Assembly (NCBI GenBank): GCA_049582105.1
Contig: JBAUTG010000005.1
Coordinates: forward strand, 2,672 to 66,671
Reading direction: 5' to 3'
Source: Candidatus Dormiibacterota bacterium
GTDB taxonomy: Bacteria; Chloroflexota; Dormibacteria; Aeolococcales; Aeolococcaceae
Length of the DNA stretch: 64,000 nt
In this document: piece after piece, positions 1 to 8,333 of the stretch
Layout of the letters: every line of letters begins with the position of its first letter
Numbering within the stretch: position 1 is the stretch's first letter
Position numbers and translations under genes: made by a program
The notes under the pieces: generated by a model
The model's input: only the letters and a program-made list of their open reading frames with translations
Told to the model about the DNA's origin: nothing
The model's database searches: none

Positions 1-1400
1 TGTACGAGTACCTGCTCTCGCTCGACGCGCTTCCCGAGCCGCCTGCGCGCCGCGACGGCAACGGTCACGGGCCTGCGGACACCACGCTCATCGGCGCGGA
101 GGAAGTCGCCGCGCTCGGTCGCAACGGCGCCATCAAGACCAGGTCCGAGCCGAGCCATACGCTCGAGACGGTTGCCCGGCCGGAACCCACGCCTGACGCC
201 CACCGTGAGCCCGAGCCCAAGCCTGAGCACCGGCTGAGGGCCACCTCGACCGCCGAGGACATGGAGGCCGGCCTCGCCGAGCTCGATGCCCAGCTCACAC
301 CCGACGAGTACGTCGACGACACCGAGGGCACCGAGGTCGAGGTCGAGGTCGAGGTCGAGGTCGAGGTCGAGGTCGAGGCCGAAGCTGTGACCGAGGTTGC
401 GCCGGCCGAGGCCGCCGCTGAGGCGGATCCCGCGCCTTCGCAACCCAAGGCCTCGGCACGTCCGGCGTTCACGCTCTTCCGCCGCACCGGAGCCAAGGCG
501 GCTCAGCCCGAGGCCGAGCCCAACGGCCACGCGCCGCTGGAAGCCGACGCAACGCCTGCGGCCGAAGCCCATGCGGTGTCGAACGGTCATGCGACCGCCA
601 GCCCCGAAGAGCCGGCGGCGACCGACGACGGAGCCGCCCATGCCCCGTTCGAGGCCGATGCCGAGGAGTCCTTCGTTGCTCCTCGGGACGGCTTCCATCT
701 CAGCGATCTCGCCGACTTCGCAGTCGCGCAGCGCGCGCTTGCGCCGGCGACCCCCGTCGAGGCCACCGTGGACGAGCCCGTCGCAGCCGTCGTGGAGGAC
801 GAGCCGGCGCAAGCAGAGGCGATCGCGGACGCCGAGGTCGCACCGGCCCAGGAGGCGCCGAACGGCGCGGCGGCGCGCGGCTGGAGGCTCCGTGACGACG
901 AGGTCGACCAGGCACAGGATGCCGCGTCCGACCGGTCTGCCGAGGACGATCGCTTCGACACCGACCCCGAGGTTGTGGAAGCGCGCCTCGAGATCAACGA
1001 CCGCCTCCGGCGCAGACGGTGCGACGAGGCGGCCGCACTGCTGCAGCGTCTCGCCAACGACGTCGGGGGTCGCGCGCTCGCCGAGCTCGCACTCGACGCC
1101 GGTGACCGCTGCCGCGCCCTCGGCAAGGGGAACGCCGCGCTCAGCTGCTACCTGGCCGCGTCGCGCGCGGATCCCGTGCACGAGACTCCATTGCTGCGTC
1201 TCGCGGACATCTGCATCGACGATCACGACATCGACCTTGCGGTCTCATACCTCGAGCGCGTCACGCGACTGCGCCGTCTACGCAATGACGACAAGGGTGC
1301 ACTGAAGCTGTATCGGAAGATCGTGACCATCGCGCCGTACCGCGACGACATCCTTGCGATGTTGATGCGCGCACAGGCCAACGGTCGCTTCGACGAATAG
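1..1400 (+). CDS. 5'-truncated hypothetical protein: acidic low-complexity region with an (EV)n repeat and a C-terminal TPR-like region
   Basis: The reading frame is open from base 3, in frame with the track ORF 261..1400. The protein is rich in E/A/P/D. The C-terminus ('LAASRADPVHETPLLRLADICIDDHDIDLAVSYLERV...KLYRKIVTIAPYRDD') resembles TPR helices. It lies immediately upstream of cpaB. Confidence 0.45.
   Translation, partial: YEYLLSLDALPEPPARRDGNGHGPADTTLIGAEEVAALGRNGAIKTRSEPSHTLETVARPEPTPDAHREPEPKPEHRLRATSTAEDMEAGLAELDAQLTPDEYVDDTEGTEVEVEVEVEVEVEVEAEAVTEVAPAEAAAEADPAPSQPKASARPAFTLFRRTGAKAAQPEAEPNGHAPLEADATPAAEAHAVSNGHATASPEEPAATDDGAAHAPFEADAEESFVAPRDGFHLSDLADFAVAQRALAPATPVEATVDEPVAAVVEDEPAQAEAIADAEVAPAQEAPNGAAARGWRLRDDEVDQAQDAASDRSAEDDRFDTDPEVVEARLEINDRLRRRRCDEAAALLQRLANDVGGRALAELALDAGDRCRALGKGNAALSCYLAASRADPVHETPLLRLADICIDDHDIDLAVSYLERVTRLRRLRNDDKGALKLYRKIVTIAPYRDDILAMLMRAQANGRFDE
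333..380 (+). repeat. (GAGGTC)n hexanucleotide microsatellite: 7 perfect units plus 1 variant, encoding EVEVEV...
   Basis: Direct reading: gaggtc repeated from 333 to 374, then gaggcc. It lies inside the first CDS. Confidence 0.9.
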
Positions 1401-1602
1401 CTCGTCATGAACATCTCCGGTGACACACGGCGTGTGCAAGCTCGTCCGCTGTGCGATGCGTTTGTTACCGAAAGGCGACGAACCACAGGGTGAAATCGAT
1501 CCACACTCGGTTGCGGCCGTCATCCGGTACAGCGACGCTGTGCCGGGCGAGCGCAGCCGCAACGGCGTAACCGACACCAATTGAGACAACCGAGGAGAAC
1601 AG

Positions 1603-2457
1603 GTGGCCATCCAGGCGAATAAACCGAACAGCCGAGTCTTCTTGCTTCTTGGCATCGTGCTGGCTGCGGCGGCGGCGGTGGCCGTGCTGCTCCTGGTCCG
1701 CTCGAATGCGCCAGCGAATCAAGTCAGTGTTGTCGTGTCTGATGCGGCCATACCCGCAGGAACGACCTTGACTCCCGCAATGGTCATCGTGACGCAGGTC
1801 CCCGCCGCTGCAAAGCCGGGTGACGCGTTCACCGATCCGGTCGCCGTCGTCGGCAAGACCACCACGGTCGCACTGGCAGACAACACGCCGCTCGTGCCTG
1901 CATTCTTCTCGACTCCCGCGCTCTCGATCACCTCGAGTGGCACCGGCTCGACCGCGCTCTCCGTGGAGACGCAGATCACCAAGGGATACGTCGCACTCGC
2001 GATTCCGGCGTCCGCAACGCTCCCGCCGACGTACACATCGGCGCAGCAGAACAACTTCACCGGCGAGCTCGTCTCTGCTGCCGGCTACATCCTGCCCGGC
2101 GATCACATCGACATCCTGGTCACCTCGATCGCGAACGGTGCGATCAAGTTCAGCTTCCAGGACGTCATCGTGCTCCGCGTGGGCGCATCCGGTACCACGG
2201 CCACGGGCGCACCCGCGGTGCTCCTCGTCGAGGTCCCGCGCGCACAGGCGTCACTGCTCACCGGCCTCATGATCGGAGACGGTGACCATGAGATCGTGGT
2301 CAAGTACGTGCTCCGTCCAGAGTCCGAGTGGGGCAAGCTTGCTCCCGACGGCTCGAGCTACAAGCCGAACTACGAATCGTCCGGTTCGCCGTCGCTGCCG
2401 ACCGTGTCGCAGACCACCGTGACGCCCAGCATGCTGGACAGTCTCTTCGGCGGCTGA
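1603..2457 (+). CDS. cpaB: Flp pilus assembly protein CpaB/RcpC (SAF plus RcpC C-terminal domain)
   Basis: There is an N-terminal TM helix ('VFLLLGIVLAAAAAVAVLLLV'), a SAF-like beta-rich core and the C-terminal block 'GDHIDILVTS...VIVLRVG', all typical of CpaB. It sits directly upstream of tadB. Confidence 0.8.
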   Translation: MAIQANKPNSRVFLLLGIVLAAAAAVAVLLLVRSNAPANQVSVVVSDAAIPAGTTLTPAMVIVTQVPAAAKPGDAFTDPVAVVGKTTTVALADNTPLVPAFFSTPALSITSSGTGSTALSVETQITKGYVALAIPASATLPPTYTSAQQNNFTGELVSAAGYILPGDHIDILVTSIANGAIKFSFQDVIVLRVGASGTTATGAPAVLLVEVPRAQASLLTGLMIGDGDHEIVVKYVLRPESEWGKLAPDGSSYKPNYESSGSPSLPTVSQTTVTPSMLDSLFGG

Positions 2458-2463
2458 TAAGTC

Positions 2464-3444
2464 ATGACGCCAGCCGCCGTCGTCGCAGCGGCCTTGGCCG
2501 CGTCGGCAGTCCTTTCGATCTTCGCCTTCCTCCTCAGCCGGGGTCAAAGCCAGGCTGGGGAGATGGCTCGCCGCCTCAACCAGTATGGCGGCGAGACGGT
2601 CGCCGTCACGGCACCGCAGAGGGTGAAGACCGGCAACGCGCTGCGGGACGCGCTCGAAGCGGTCACCAATGGCCTGAACCCACTCCTCTCGCGCACGTCA
2701 CACACCGGCAAGCTCGCGGACGACCTCCAGAAGGCCGACCTCAAGCTGAAGTCGTCGGAGTGGCTGCTCATGGTGGTGGGGCTCGGCGTCCTTGTCGGCC
2801 TGCTCGTGGCATTGCGCTTCTCCTCGCCGATCGCCTTCATCCCGTGCCCGATCATCGTGTATGTGCTCAGCGGCTTCTTCCTGAAGTTCCGCCAGAAGCG
2901 ACGGACCCGCGCGTTCAACAACCAGCTCGGCGACACGTTGATGTTGCTGAGCAACGCGTTGAAGGCAGGGCACTCCTTCGCGCAGGCGCTGGCGTCGGTT
3001 GCGAAGAACGCGAACCCGCCGATCTCCGAGGAGTTCAGCCGCGCAACGCGTGAGATCGCCCTCGGCATCAACGTCGACGAGGCGCTCAACCACATGGTCA
3101 CGCGCAACAAGTCCGAGGACTTCGATCTCATGGTCACCGCCGTGCAGATTCAGCGTGTGGTCGGTGGAAACCTCGCCGAGATCCTCGACACCATCGCGTT
3201 CACCATTCGTGAGCGCGTGCGCATCCAGGGTGAGATCCGCACGCTCACCGCGCAGGCTCGCGCGTCCGGTTGGATCATCACCATCCTGCCGATCGCACTC
3301 GCAGGATTCCTCGCGCTCATCTCCCCAAGCTACTTCGATCCGATGATCACCGATCCGCTTGGACACATCATGCTCGGCATGGCGGTCTTCTCCATTGCGG
3401 TCGGCGCCGTCGCGATCCAGAAGATCGTGAAGATCGAGGTCTGA
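2464..3444 (+). CDS. tadB: Tad secretion system inner-membrane platform protein TadB (T2SS F domain)
   Basis: It has the T2SSF-type motif 'LGDTLMLLSNALKAGHSFAQAL' and three TM segments, 7 nt downstream of cpaB. Confidence 0.85.
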   Translation: MTPAAVVAAALAASAVLSIFAFLLSRGQSQAGEMARRLNQYGGETVAVTAPQRVKTGNALRDALEAVTNGLNPLLSRTSHTGKLADDLQKADLKLKSSEWLLMVVGLGVLVGLLVALRFSSPIAFIPCPIIVYVLSGFFLKFRQKRRTRAFNNQLGDTLMLLSNALKAGHSFAQALASVAKNANPPISEEFSRATREIALGINVDEALNHMVTRNKSEDFDLMVTAVQIQRVVGGNLAEILDTIAFTIRERVRIQGEIRTLTAQARASGWIITILPIALAGFLALISPSYFDPMITDPLGHIMLGMAVFSIAVGAVAIQKIVKIEV

Positions 3445-3445
3445 C

Positions 3446-4390
3446 GTGAGTCTTCTCGCCATCGCAGCCGCCGCGGCCGCCGCCGGCGGCATCCTCCTCA
3501 TCGCCTTCGGCCTCGCCATGGCCGTGTCCCCACGCCAGGGCGATCTGCTTGAGGCTCGCCTCGCGCAATTCGCCGAGGCTGGGCGCGCGCCCGCGACTCT
3601 CGCCGAGGTCGAGATGTCGTTGCCGCTCTTCGATCGCGTGGTGCGGCCGTTCCTCGACAAGATCGGCAATCGCCTGAATCGCAATGCGGGTCAGGGCAGC
3701 ACAGACGCGCTTCAGGAGAAGTTGAATCTTGCCGGCCGTCCATGGGGACTGACGGCGTCGGGCTTCCTCGCACTCCGCCTGCTCTCGATGCTGCTGTTCA
3801 CCGCAATCGGGTTCGCGCTCGCGCTCTTCGGCGCGCTGACGATGCCGCTGCTCGCCGTCGTGCCGGCCGGCGGTCTGATCCTCGGGTACCTCGGTCCTCA
3901 GATGGTCGTCGCGCGGCGCATCAAGAAGCGTCAGAAGGAAATCCTCCTCGCGCTGCCGAGCGCACTCGACCTCCTCACCATCTCGGTCGAGGCCGGTCTG
4001 AGCTTCGACTCGGCGCTCACCCGCGTCGTCGACAAGTACAACAACGAGTTCTCGAGAGAGCTCACGATCATGCTCAACGAGGTTCGCCTCGGCCGCCCAC
4101 GTCTCGAGGCGCTCGATGACGTCGGTCGGCGTTGCAAGGTCGAGGAGCTGAGCAACTTCATCCAGGCGATCATCCAGTCGGAGCAACTGGGCGTCGGCGT
4201 CGCGAACGTCCTCCGCATCCAGTCCGAGGAGATTCGCCGCAAGCGCCGTCAGCGCGCTGAGGAACAGGGCCAGAAGGCCCCGCTGAAGATGCTCTTCCCC
4301 ATGGTCGGGTGCATCTTCCCCACGCTCTTCATCGTGCTGCTCGGTCCCGCCGTGATCGAGGTCGCCCACCAGTTCGGCGCCGCCCACTGA
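3446..4390 (+). CDS. tadC: Tad secretion system platform protein TadC (T2SS F domain)
   Basis: It has the motif 'LPSALDLLTISVEAGLSFDSAL'. It starts at GTG 1 nt after the tadB stop and has TM helices at both ends. Confidence 0.85.
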   Translation: MSLLAIAAAAAAAGGILLIAFGLAMAVSPRQGDLLEARLAQFAEAGRAPATLAEVEMSLPLFDRVVRPFLDKIGNRLNRNAGQGSTDALQEKLNLAGRPWGLTASGFLALRLLSMLLFTAIGFALALFGALTMPLLAVVPAGGLILGYLGPQMVVARRIKKRQKEILLALPSALDLLTISVEAGLSFDSALTRVVDKYNNEFSRELTIMLNEVRLGRPRLEALDDVGRRCKVEELSNFIQAIIQSEQLGVGVANVLRIQSEEIRRKRRQRAEEQGQKAPLKMLFPMVGCIFPTLFIVLLGPAVIEVAHQFGAAH

Positions 4391-4486
4391 TCGACCGTCA
4401 GGACAGCTGGCGGACGGGGCGGCTGATTGACCGTCAGGACAGCTGGCGGATGGGGCGGCTGATTGACCGTCAGGACAGCTGGCGGA
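4387..4486. repeat. 36-bp tandem direct repeat, 2.8 copies, spanning the tadC stop codon and the stop of the convergent downstream gene
   Basis: Copy 1 (4387-4422) is ctgatcgaccgtcaggacagctggcggacggggcgg. Copy 2 (4423-4458) is ctgattgaccgtcaggacagctggcggatggggcgg. A partial copy 3 runs 4459-4486. Each unit contains a near-palindrome around CAGCTG. Confidence 0.85.
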
Positions 4487-5426
4487 GGACGCGTTCGAGC
4501 TGACGCCGGTGCGCGATGCGCCAGCGGGAGCGCAGCGCCGGCACCGACCGGTACACCTCGGGGACGGGAGCGTCGTCGTTGACTGCGACGCGCAGCAGTG
4601 TGGCGATGGTCTCGCGCAGCTCGACGAGCTGCAGCGAGCGCGCAACCTCCAGCGCCGCCGAGACGCGGGCCTCCTCACCCGAGTGCATCCAGTCCTCGAG
4701 CGCATCGACGAGACCCTCGCGACCGTCGGCGATCACGATGTGCGCGTACTCCGTCAGCTGCTCAGTGAGCGTTGTCACGTTAGTCTCGAAGCGGCGCTCC
4801 ATGTAGGCGAGGATCGCGTCGCGCGCGCTCTGGTGCGCGAGCACCGCCACGAGGCCGGGAGCGGTCCGGCCGATCAACAGCTTCTCGAAGGGCGAGACCT
4901 CGAGATACCCGATGTGGGCGCCTGCGCTCGACACGAGCCACGGGCTGCCGTCGCCCCGATACAGGCAGAGGTTGTCCGGCAAGCCTGGATGCTGCCAGCC
5001 GTAGAGCCCGCCCGTCGCCTCCTGGAGCACCGTGACGCTCTCGCGGCTCAGGGCGTAGCGCACGAGGCTCCCAGACGCCGTGGTCGTCTTCGCCTGCTGG
5101 AAGCGCGCCAGGCTGTCGACAGTGGCCTGCCCCTCAGGGTCCATCTCGCCAGGCCGCACCGTGAGCACGGCAGTCGAGCACTGGACCAGGGCGCACTCCA
5201 GCAGACCGGCGTAATCCGGGCCCCTCGGCTCGTCGAGCAGATCGTAGGTCTTGCGCGCCGAGACGTCGCTGTGGGAGGTGCGAAGGAACGGTTGCACAGC
5301 GCAATTCTGTAACGAAATCCCCGGTTCCAGCGAGACGAACGCGTGGTACCTTCCTCTCGTGGCCGCGATAGTCGCATCTATCGACAGCACCCCGGGCCAG
5401 GTTTTTGCCGACGCGCTGCTGGTCAT
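4470..5426 (-). CDS. hypothetical protein (no recognisable domain); the true start is probably internal
   Basis: This is a long ORF of ordinary amino-acid composition. Its 5' end as drawn would overlap the lower-GC intergenic stretch and the cvpA start, so an internal start such as GTG near 5159-5165 or ATG at 5144 is more likely. Confidence 0.35.
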   Translation of the reverse strand: MTSSASAKTWPGVLSIDATIAATRGRYHAFVSLEPGISLQNCAVQPFLRTSHSDVSARKTYDLLDEPRGPDYAGLLECALVQCSTAVLTVRPGEMDPEGQATVDSLARFQQAKTTTASGSLVRYALSRESVTVLQEATGGLYGWQHPGLPDNLCLYRGDGSPWLVSSAGAHIGYLEVSPFEKLLIGRTAPGLVAVLAHQSARDAILAYMERRFETNVTTLTEQLTEYAHIVIADGREGLVDALEDWMHSGEEARVSAALEVARSLQLVELRETIATLLRVAVNDDAPVPEVYRSVPALRSRWRIAHRRQLERVLRQLS

Positions 5427-5937
5427 CGCAGTGGCCGTGAACGCCTATCTGGGCTGGAGTCACGGGTTGGTTCGCCGCCTCTTCTCGGCGGTCGGCGTCT
5501 TCCTCGGCGTCTTCGCCGCAACCAACCTCGGCAACGCCGTGGCCGCGGTGATCCACGCACACAACCTCGATGCCAACGCCTGGTCGTTCGTGGCGGTCTT
5601 CCTGTTCGTGGTCATCGTCGTCGAGATCCTGGGGGCGCTGATGGACGACCGGCTGCAGAAGATCGTCGTCGCGGCGTTCGACCGGATCGGCGGCGTGCTC
5701 GTGGGCGCGGTTGTCGGCGTCGCCGAAGTGCTGATCCTCTTCCTGGTCGCGATCGCCGTCAGCGGCTCAGCGTCGTCGACGCACACCACCATGTCGCAGG
5801 ACATCCACGCCGCAACCCTGAGCGGTCAGGCAGTTCGGCTCGAGCCGCAGATGCGCGTCCTCTTCGGACCGGTGCTCCCGGGCAACCTGACCAGTCACCT
5901 GCAGCAGAACGCCGTGGTGATCACCCCGCCCGTCTGA
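5359..5937 (+). CDS. CvpA family membrane protein (colicin V production protein-like)
   Basis: It carries the CvpA-like N-terminal TM plus basic motif 'LLVIAVAVNAYLGWSHGLVRRLFSAVGVFLG' followed by more TM helices. The start was placed at GTG 5359, after the lower-GC intergenic segment, and the track ORF frame is retained. Confidence 0.55.
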   Translation: MAAIVASIDSTPGQVFADALLVIAVAVNAYLGWSHGLVRRLFSAVGVFLGVFAATNLGNAVAAVIHAHNLDANAWSFVAVFLFVVIVVEILGALMDDRLQKIVVAAFDRIGGVLVGAVVGVAEVLILFLVAIAVSGSASSTHTTMSQDIHAATLSGQAVRLEPQMRVLFGPVLPGNLTSHLQQNAVVITPPV

Positions 5938-5964
5938 CCGAGATTCCCGGCGGGTCGAGCCGCC

Positions 5965-6354
5965 TCAGCGGACGGAGCTGACGTCAGCCGGGAAGAACGT
6001 CTTGACCACCGAGCCGAGCCCGACGAGGTTGAACGGCTTGGTGATGAGGTGATTCGCGCCCGCGAGCCGTGCGCGCTCGATGTCGTCGTCGCTGGAAAGC
6101 GCGCTGAACATCACGATGGGCGTTTCCGCCGTGGCGGCGTTGCTCCGGATCCGGCGGCATGTCTCGATCCCGTCCATGCCGGGCATCATGATGTCAAGGA
6201 TCACGAGGTCCGGTGCACGCGCTTCGACTTTGGCAAGCCCGTCCTCACCGTTCTCGGCGGTGGTCACCTCGTAGCCCTCGATGCCGAGGTACATGGCAAC
6301 GATGTGCAAAAGCCTCGGATCATCATCGACGATGAGGATTCGACCCCGAGTCAC
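5965..6354 (-). CDS. single-domain response regulator (CheY-like receiver)
   Basis: It has the canonical receiver signatures 'ILIVDDD' and 'DLVILDIMMPGMDG' and the conserved Lys in 'ITKPF'. It starts at GTG 2 nt after the upstream gene's stop. Confidence 0.85.
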   Translation of the reverse strand: MTRGRILIVDDDPRLLHIVAMYLGIEGYEVTTAENGEDGLAKVEARAPDLVILDIMMPGMDGIETCRRIRSNAATAETPIVMFSALSSDDDIERARLAGANHLITKPFNLVGLGSVVKTFFPADVSSVR

Positions 6355-6356
6355 TG

Positions 6357-7058
6357 CTAGGCTCCCGCGCCACCCTGCGGCACGCTGATTCGGCCCTCAG
6401 CCATGTAATGGGAGAGGTCACGCTCGTGGCCGAGGCCGCGTTCGATCGAGTCCAGCACACGCTGGTAGAACTCCTCGCGTTCCCTGCGGTCCTCCTCCGC
6501 GCCGACGGTCTCGCCGCGCACGCGGTGCTGGATCCAGGGTGGGACGAGCTGTTCGACAGGGTTGCCGCCGACCTTGACCGTAATCATCGTGTCGTCGGCT
6601 TCCTCGACGACGATGCTGACGCGATGGGCGATGCCGACGTGGCTGTCCAGGCGCCATGAGCGCTCCCAGGCACGCTGGCGGCCGATCCCCACGAAGATGA
6701 GCGTGACGGGGTCGGCGACGAGCTGTCCGCCGCTGCCGGAGGACAGCTCCTTGAGCAGCAGACGCCAGACGTCACCGTCGATCTGCCGGGAGACCCAGCC
6801 CACCAGCGACGGCGCGCGATTGTCGAGGTCCGGCAGGGACACCGCGAGCGAGCTGTCGAGGCTCGGGAGGGCGCTGACGACGCCGGCATGGCGGCGGCAA
6901 TAGACGTGGCCCTCGATCGTGACGCGGTGCTCGGGGCACCAGGCGGTCCGGCACTCGCGGCCCCGGCGGTCGACGTACTCGCACGGCTTGCCCTCGTCGG
7001 AGGTGCATCCCAGCTGCGTGCACGGGTGCGTTGCGGTGTCGCTCATCACGCTGCGCAC
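6357..7058 (-). CDS. hypothetical protein with a Cys/His-rich N-terminal zinc-ribbon-like region
   Basis: The first ~60 residues contain C13, C18, C26, C36, C41, H44, H51, C54 and H57. It is translationally coupled to the downstream receiver gene. Confidence 0.45.
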   Translation of the reverse strand: MRSVMSDTATHPCTQLGCTSDEGKPCEYVDRRGRECRTAWCPEHRVTIEGHVYCRRHAGVVSALPSLDSSLAVSLPDLDNRAPSLVGWVSRQIDGDVWRLLLKELSSGSGGQLVADPVTLIFVGIGRQRAWERSWRLDSHVGIAHRVSIVVEEADDTMITVKVGGNPVEQLVPPWIQHRVRGETVGAEEDRREREEFYQRVLDSIERGLGHERDLSHYMAEGRISVPQGGAGA

Positions 7059-7094
7059 CTTAGCATCGGTCGAAGCAACACGAACCTCCCTCGC

Positions 7095-7814
7095 TCACCA
7101 CAGAAATGGGACAAGTCGCCGCGTGTGAGCGGCGTACGACGTGTATTCCGGAAAGGCACGGGTGAGCAAGCCTTCCTCGAAGCGAGCTCGGAGCATCTGC
7201 ACCGCGATGAACGGGACGAGCGCGAGCGTCGCCCAAAGACCCGGCCGGGCCAGCACGAGCGCGACGGCGGCGAGGATCTCGGCCGCGTAGAGCGGGTGCC
7301 GAACGACGCGGTACGGGCCACTGGTCACAAGGCGGCGCGCCTCGGGAATGATGCTGAGGCTCCGGCGCAGATAGAGCAGTCCGTACACACCCAGCGCAAA
7401 CGCGCCGAGCGTCAGGGGAACGGCCGCGTCGCGGATGAGCACCGGCGGAACCAGCAGCACCGGCAGCGGGAAGGCGCCGACCACGAGGAGCATCGTCGTC
7501 CCGACCAGCCCTGCGGCGCGCGCGACCACGCGCCCGTCGCGCGCTTTCGGGCGCGGACGCACCAGATAGATCCCGACGGGGATGACGCAGAACGCGAGGT
7601 ACACCCCGGTCGTCACCGGTCCGGCGAGCACGCCGCCGAGGTGGTCGTGCCTGGGAAGATCGTGAACCTGCGCAAGCAGGTTCATCAGCACGCGATAGCC
7701 AAGCACGGCAAACAACACGGCCGGTAGCGCACGACCGAACACGAGGAAACGGATCTCCTCGACGCGACGTGCCACGTCGCCACGGCGTGCTGGAATCGCT
7801 ACCGCCTGGGCCAT
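7095..7814 (-). CDS. isoprenylcysteine carboxyl methyltransferase (ICMT/PEMT) family membrane methyltransferase
   Basis: It has the C-terminal signature 'GPYRVVRHPLYAAEIL' and a multi-TM N-terminal half. Confidence 0.75.
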   Translation of the reverse strand: MAQAVAIPARRGDVARRVEEIRFLVFGRALPAVLFAVLGYRVLMNLLAQVHDLPRHDHLGGVLAGPVTTGVYLAFCVIPVGIYLVRPRPKARDGRVVARAAGLVGTTMLLVVGAFPLPVLLVPPVLIRDAAVPLTLGAFALGVYGLLYLRRSLSIIPEARRLVTSGPYRVVRHPLYAAEILAAVALVLARPGLWATLALVPFIAVQMLRARFEEGLLTRAFPEYTSYAAHTRRLVPFLW

Positions 7815-8048
7815 GCGCCAACTCTAGGTCAGCTGTATTCAGAGCGACGCGTCTGTATCGCGGTTGTCATCGAATCACCATGGTTTCTCGTCGTCTGAGC
7901 AGTGTCCGCCGGCGTGTCCGATCCTTCGTTACCAATCTTTAGCACGCAGGCCATTCCGTTGCCGCAGCAGGGGTACACACTCGCTTCAGTCGGAACAGAG
8001 CAACAAGCCCTGGCCCGAAAATAAAACCCGAAAGGAGGTGAAACCGGA

Positions 8049-8249
8049 ATGGATATGCTGAGCACCCTGTACCTTCGCGCAACTGAGTTTATCGCTCGCA
8101 AGCGTGAGGAGGCTGAGGAAGGCCAGGGCATGGTTGAGTATGCGCTCATCCTCGTCCTTATCGCCATCGTCGTCATCGTCATCCTGCAAGTCGTCGGCAA
8201 GCAGGTCAACAACGTGTTCTCGAACATCAGCAACGGCCTGGCCCAGTAG
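8049..8249 (+). CDS. flp: Flp/Fap family type IVb pilin precursor
   Basis: The sequence 'EEAEEGQG|MVEYALILVLIAIVVIVIL' shows the Flp motif: a G-cleavage site followed by XXXXEY and a hydrophobic stretch. It is 66 aa long, with a strong SD (GGAGGTG) 10 nt upstream. Confidence 0.85.
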   Translation: MDMLSTLYLRATEFIARKREEAEEGQGMVEYALILVLIAIVVIVILQVVGKQVNNVFSNISNGLAQ

Positions 8250-8274
8250 CTTTCGCAAGCAACCAGGACAGTCA

Positions 8275-8314
8275 AGAGGAGCCGCCCCACGGGACGGCTC
8301 CTCTTTTTTATTTG
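8275..8314 (+). terminator. rho-independent terminator downstream of flp
   Basis: There is a perfect 10-bp stem (agaggagccg at 8275-8284 pairing with cggctcctct at 8295-8304), a 10-nt loop, and then ttttttattt at 8305-8314. Confidence 0.8.
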
Positions 8315-8333
8315 TCGTGAACATCGCGCAGCG

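Noticed and set aside
1603-4390. Possibility that a CpaF/TadA ATPase is hidden in an alternative frame of the tad block
   Set aside because: cpaB, tadB and tadC fill the region with gaps of 1-7 nt. No ORF anywhere in the window carries a GxxGSGKT-type secretion-ATPase Walker A outside the CpaE/MinD-like and ABC proteins.
4387-4486. Tandem repeat considered as a CRISPR array
   Set aside because: The copies are contiguous with no spacers, there are only 2.8 of them, and no cas genes are present.
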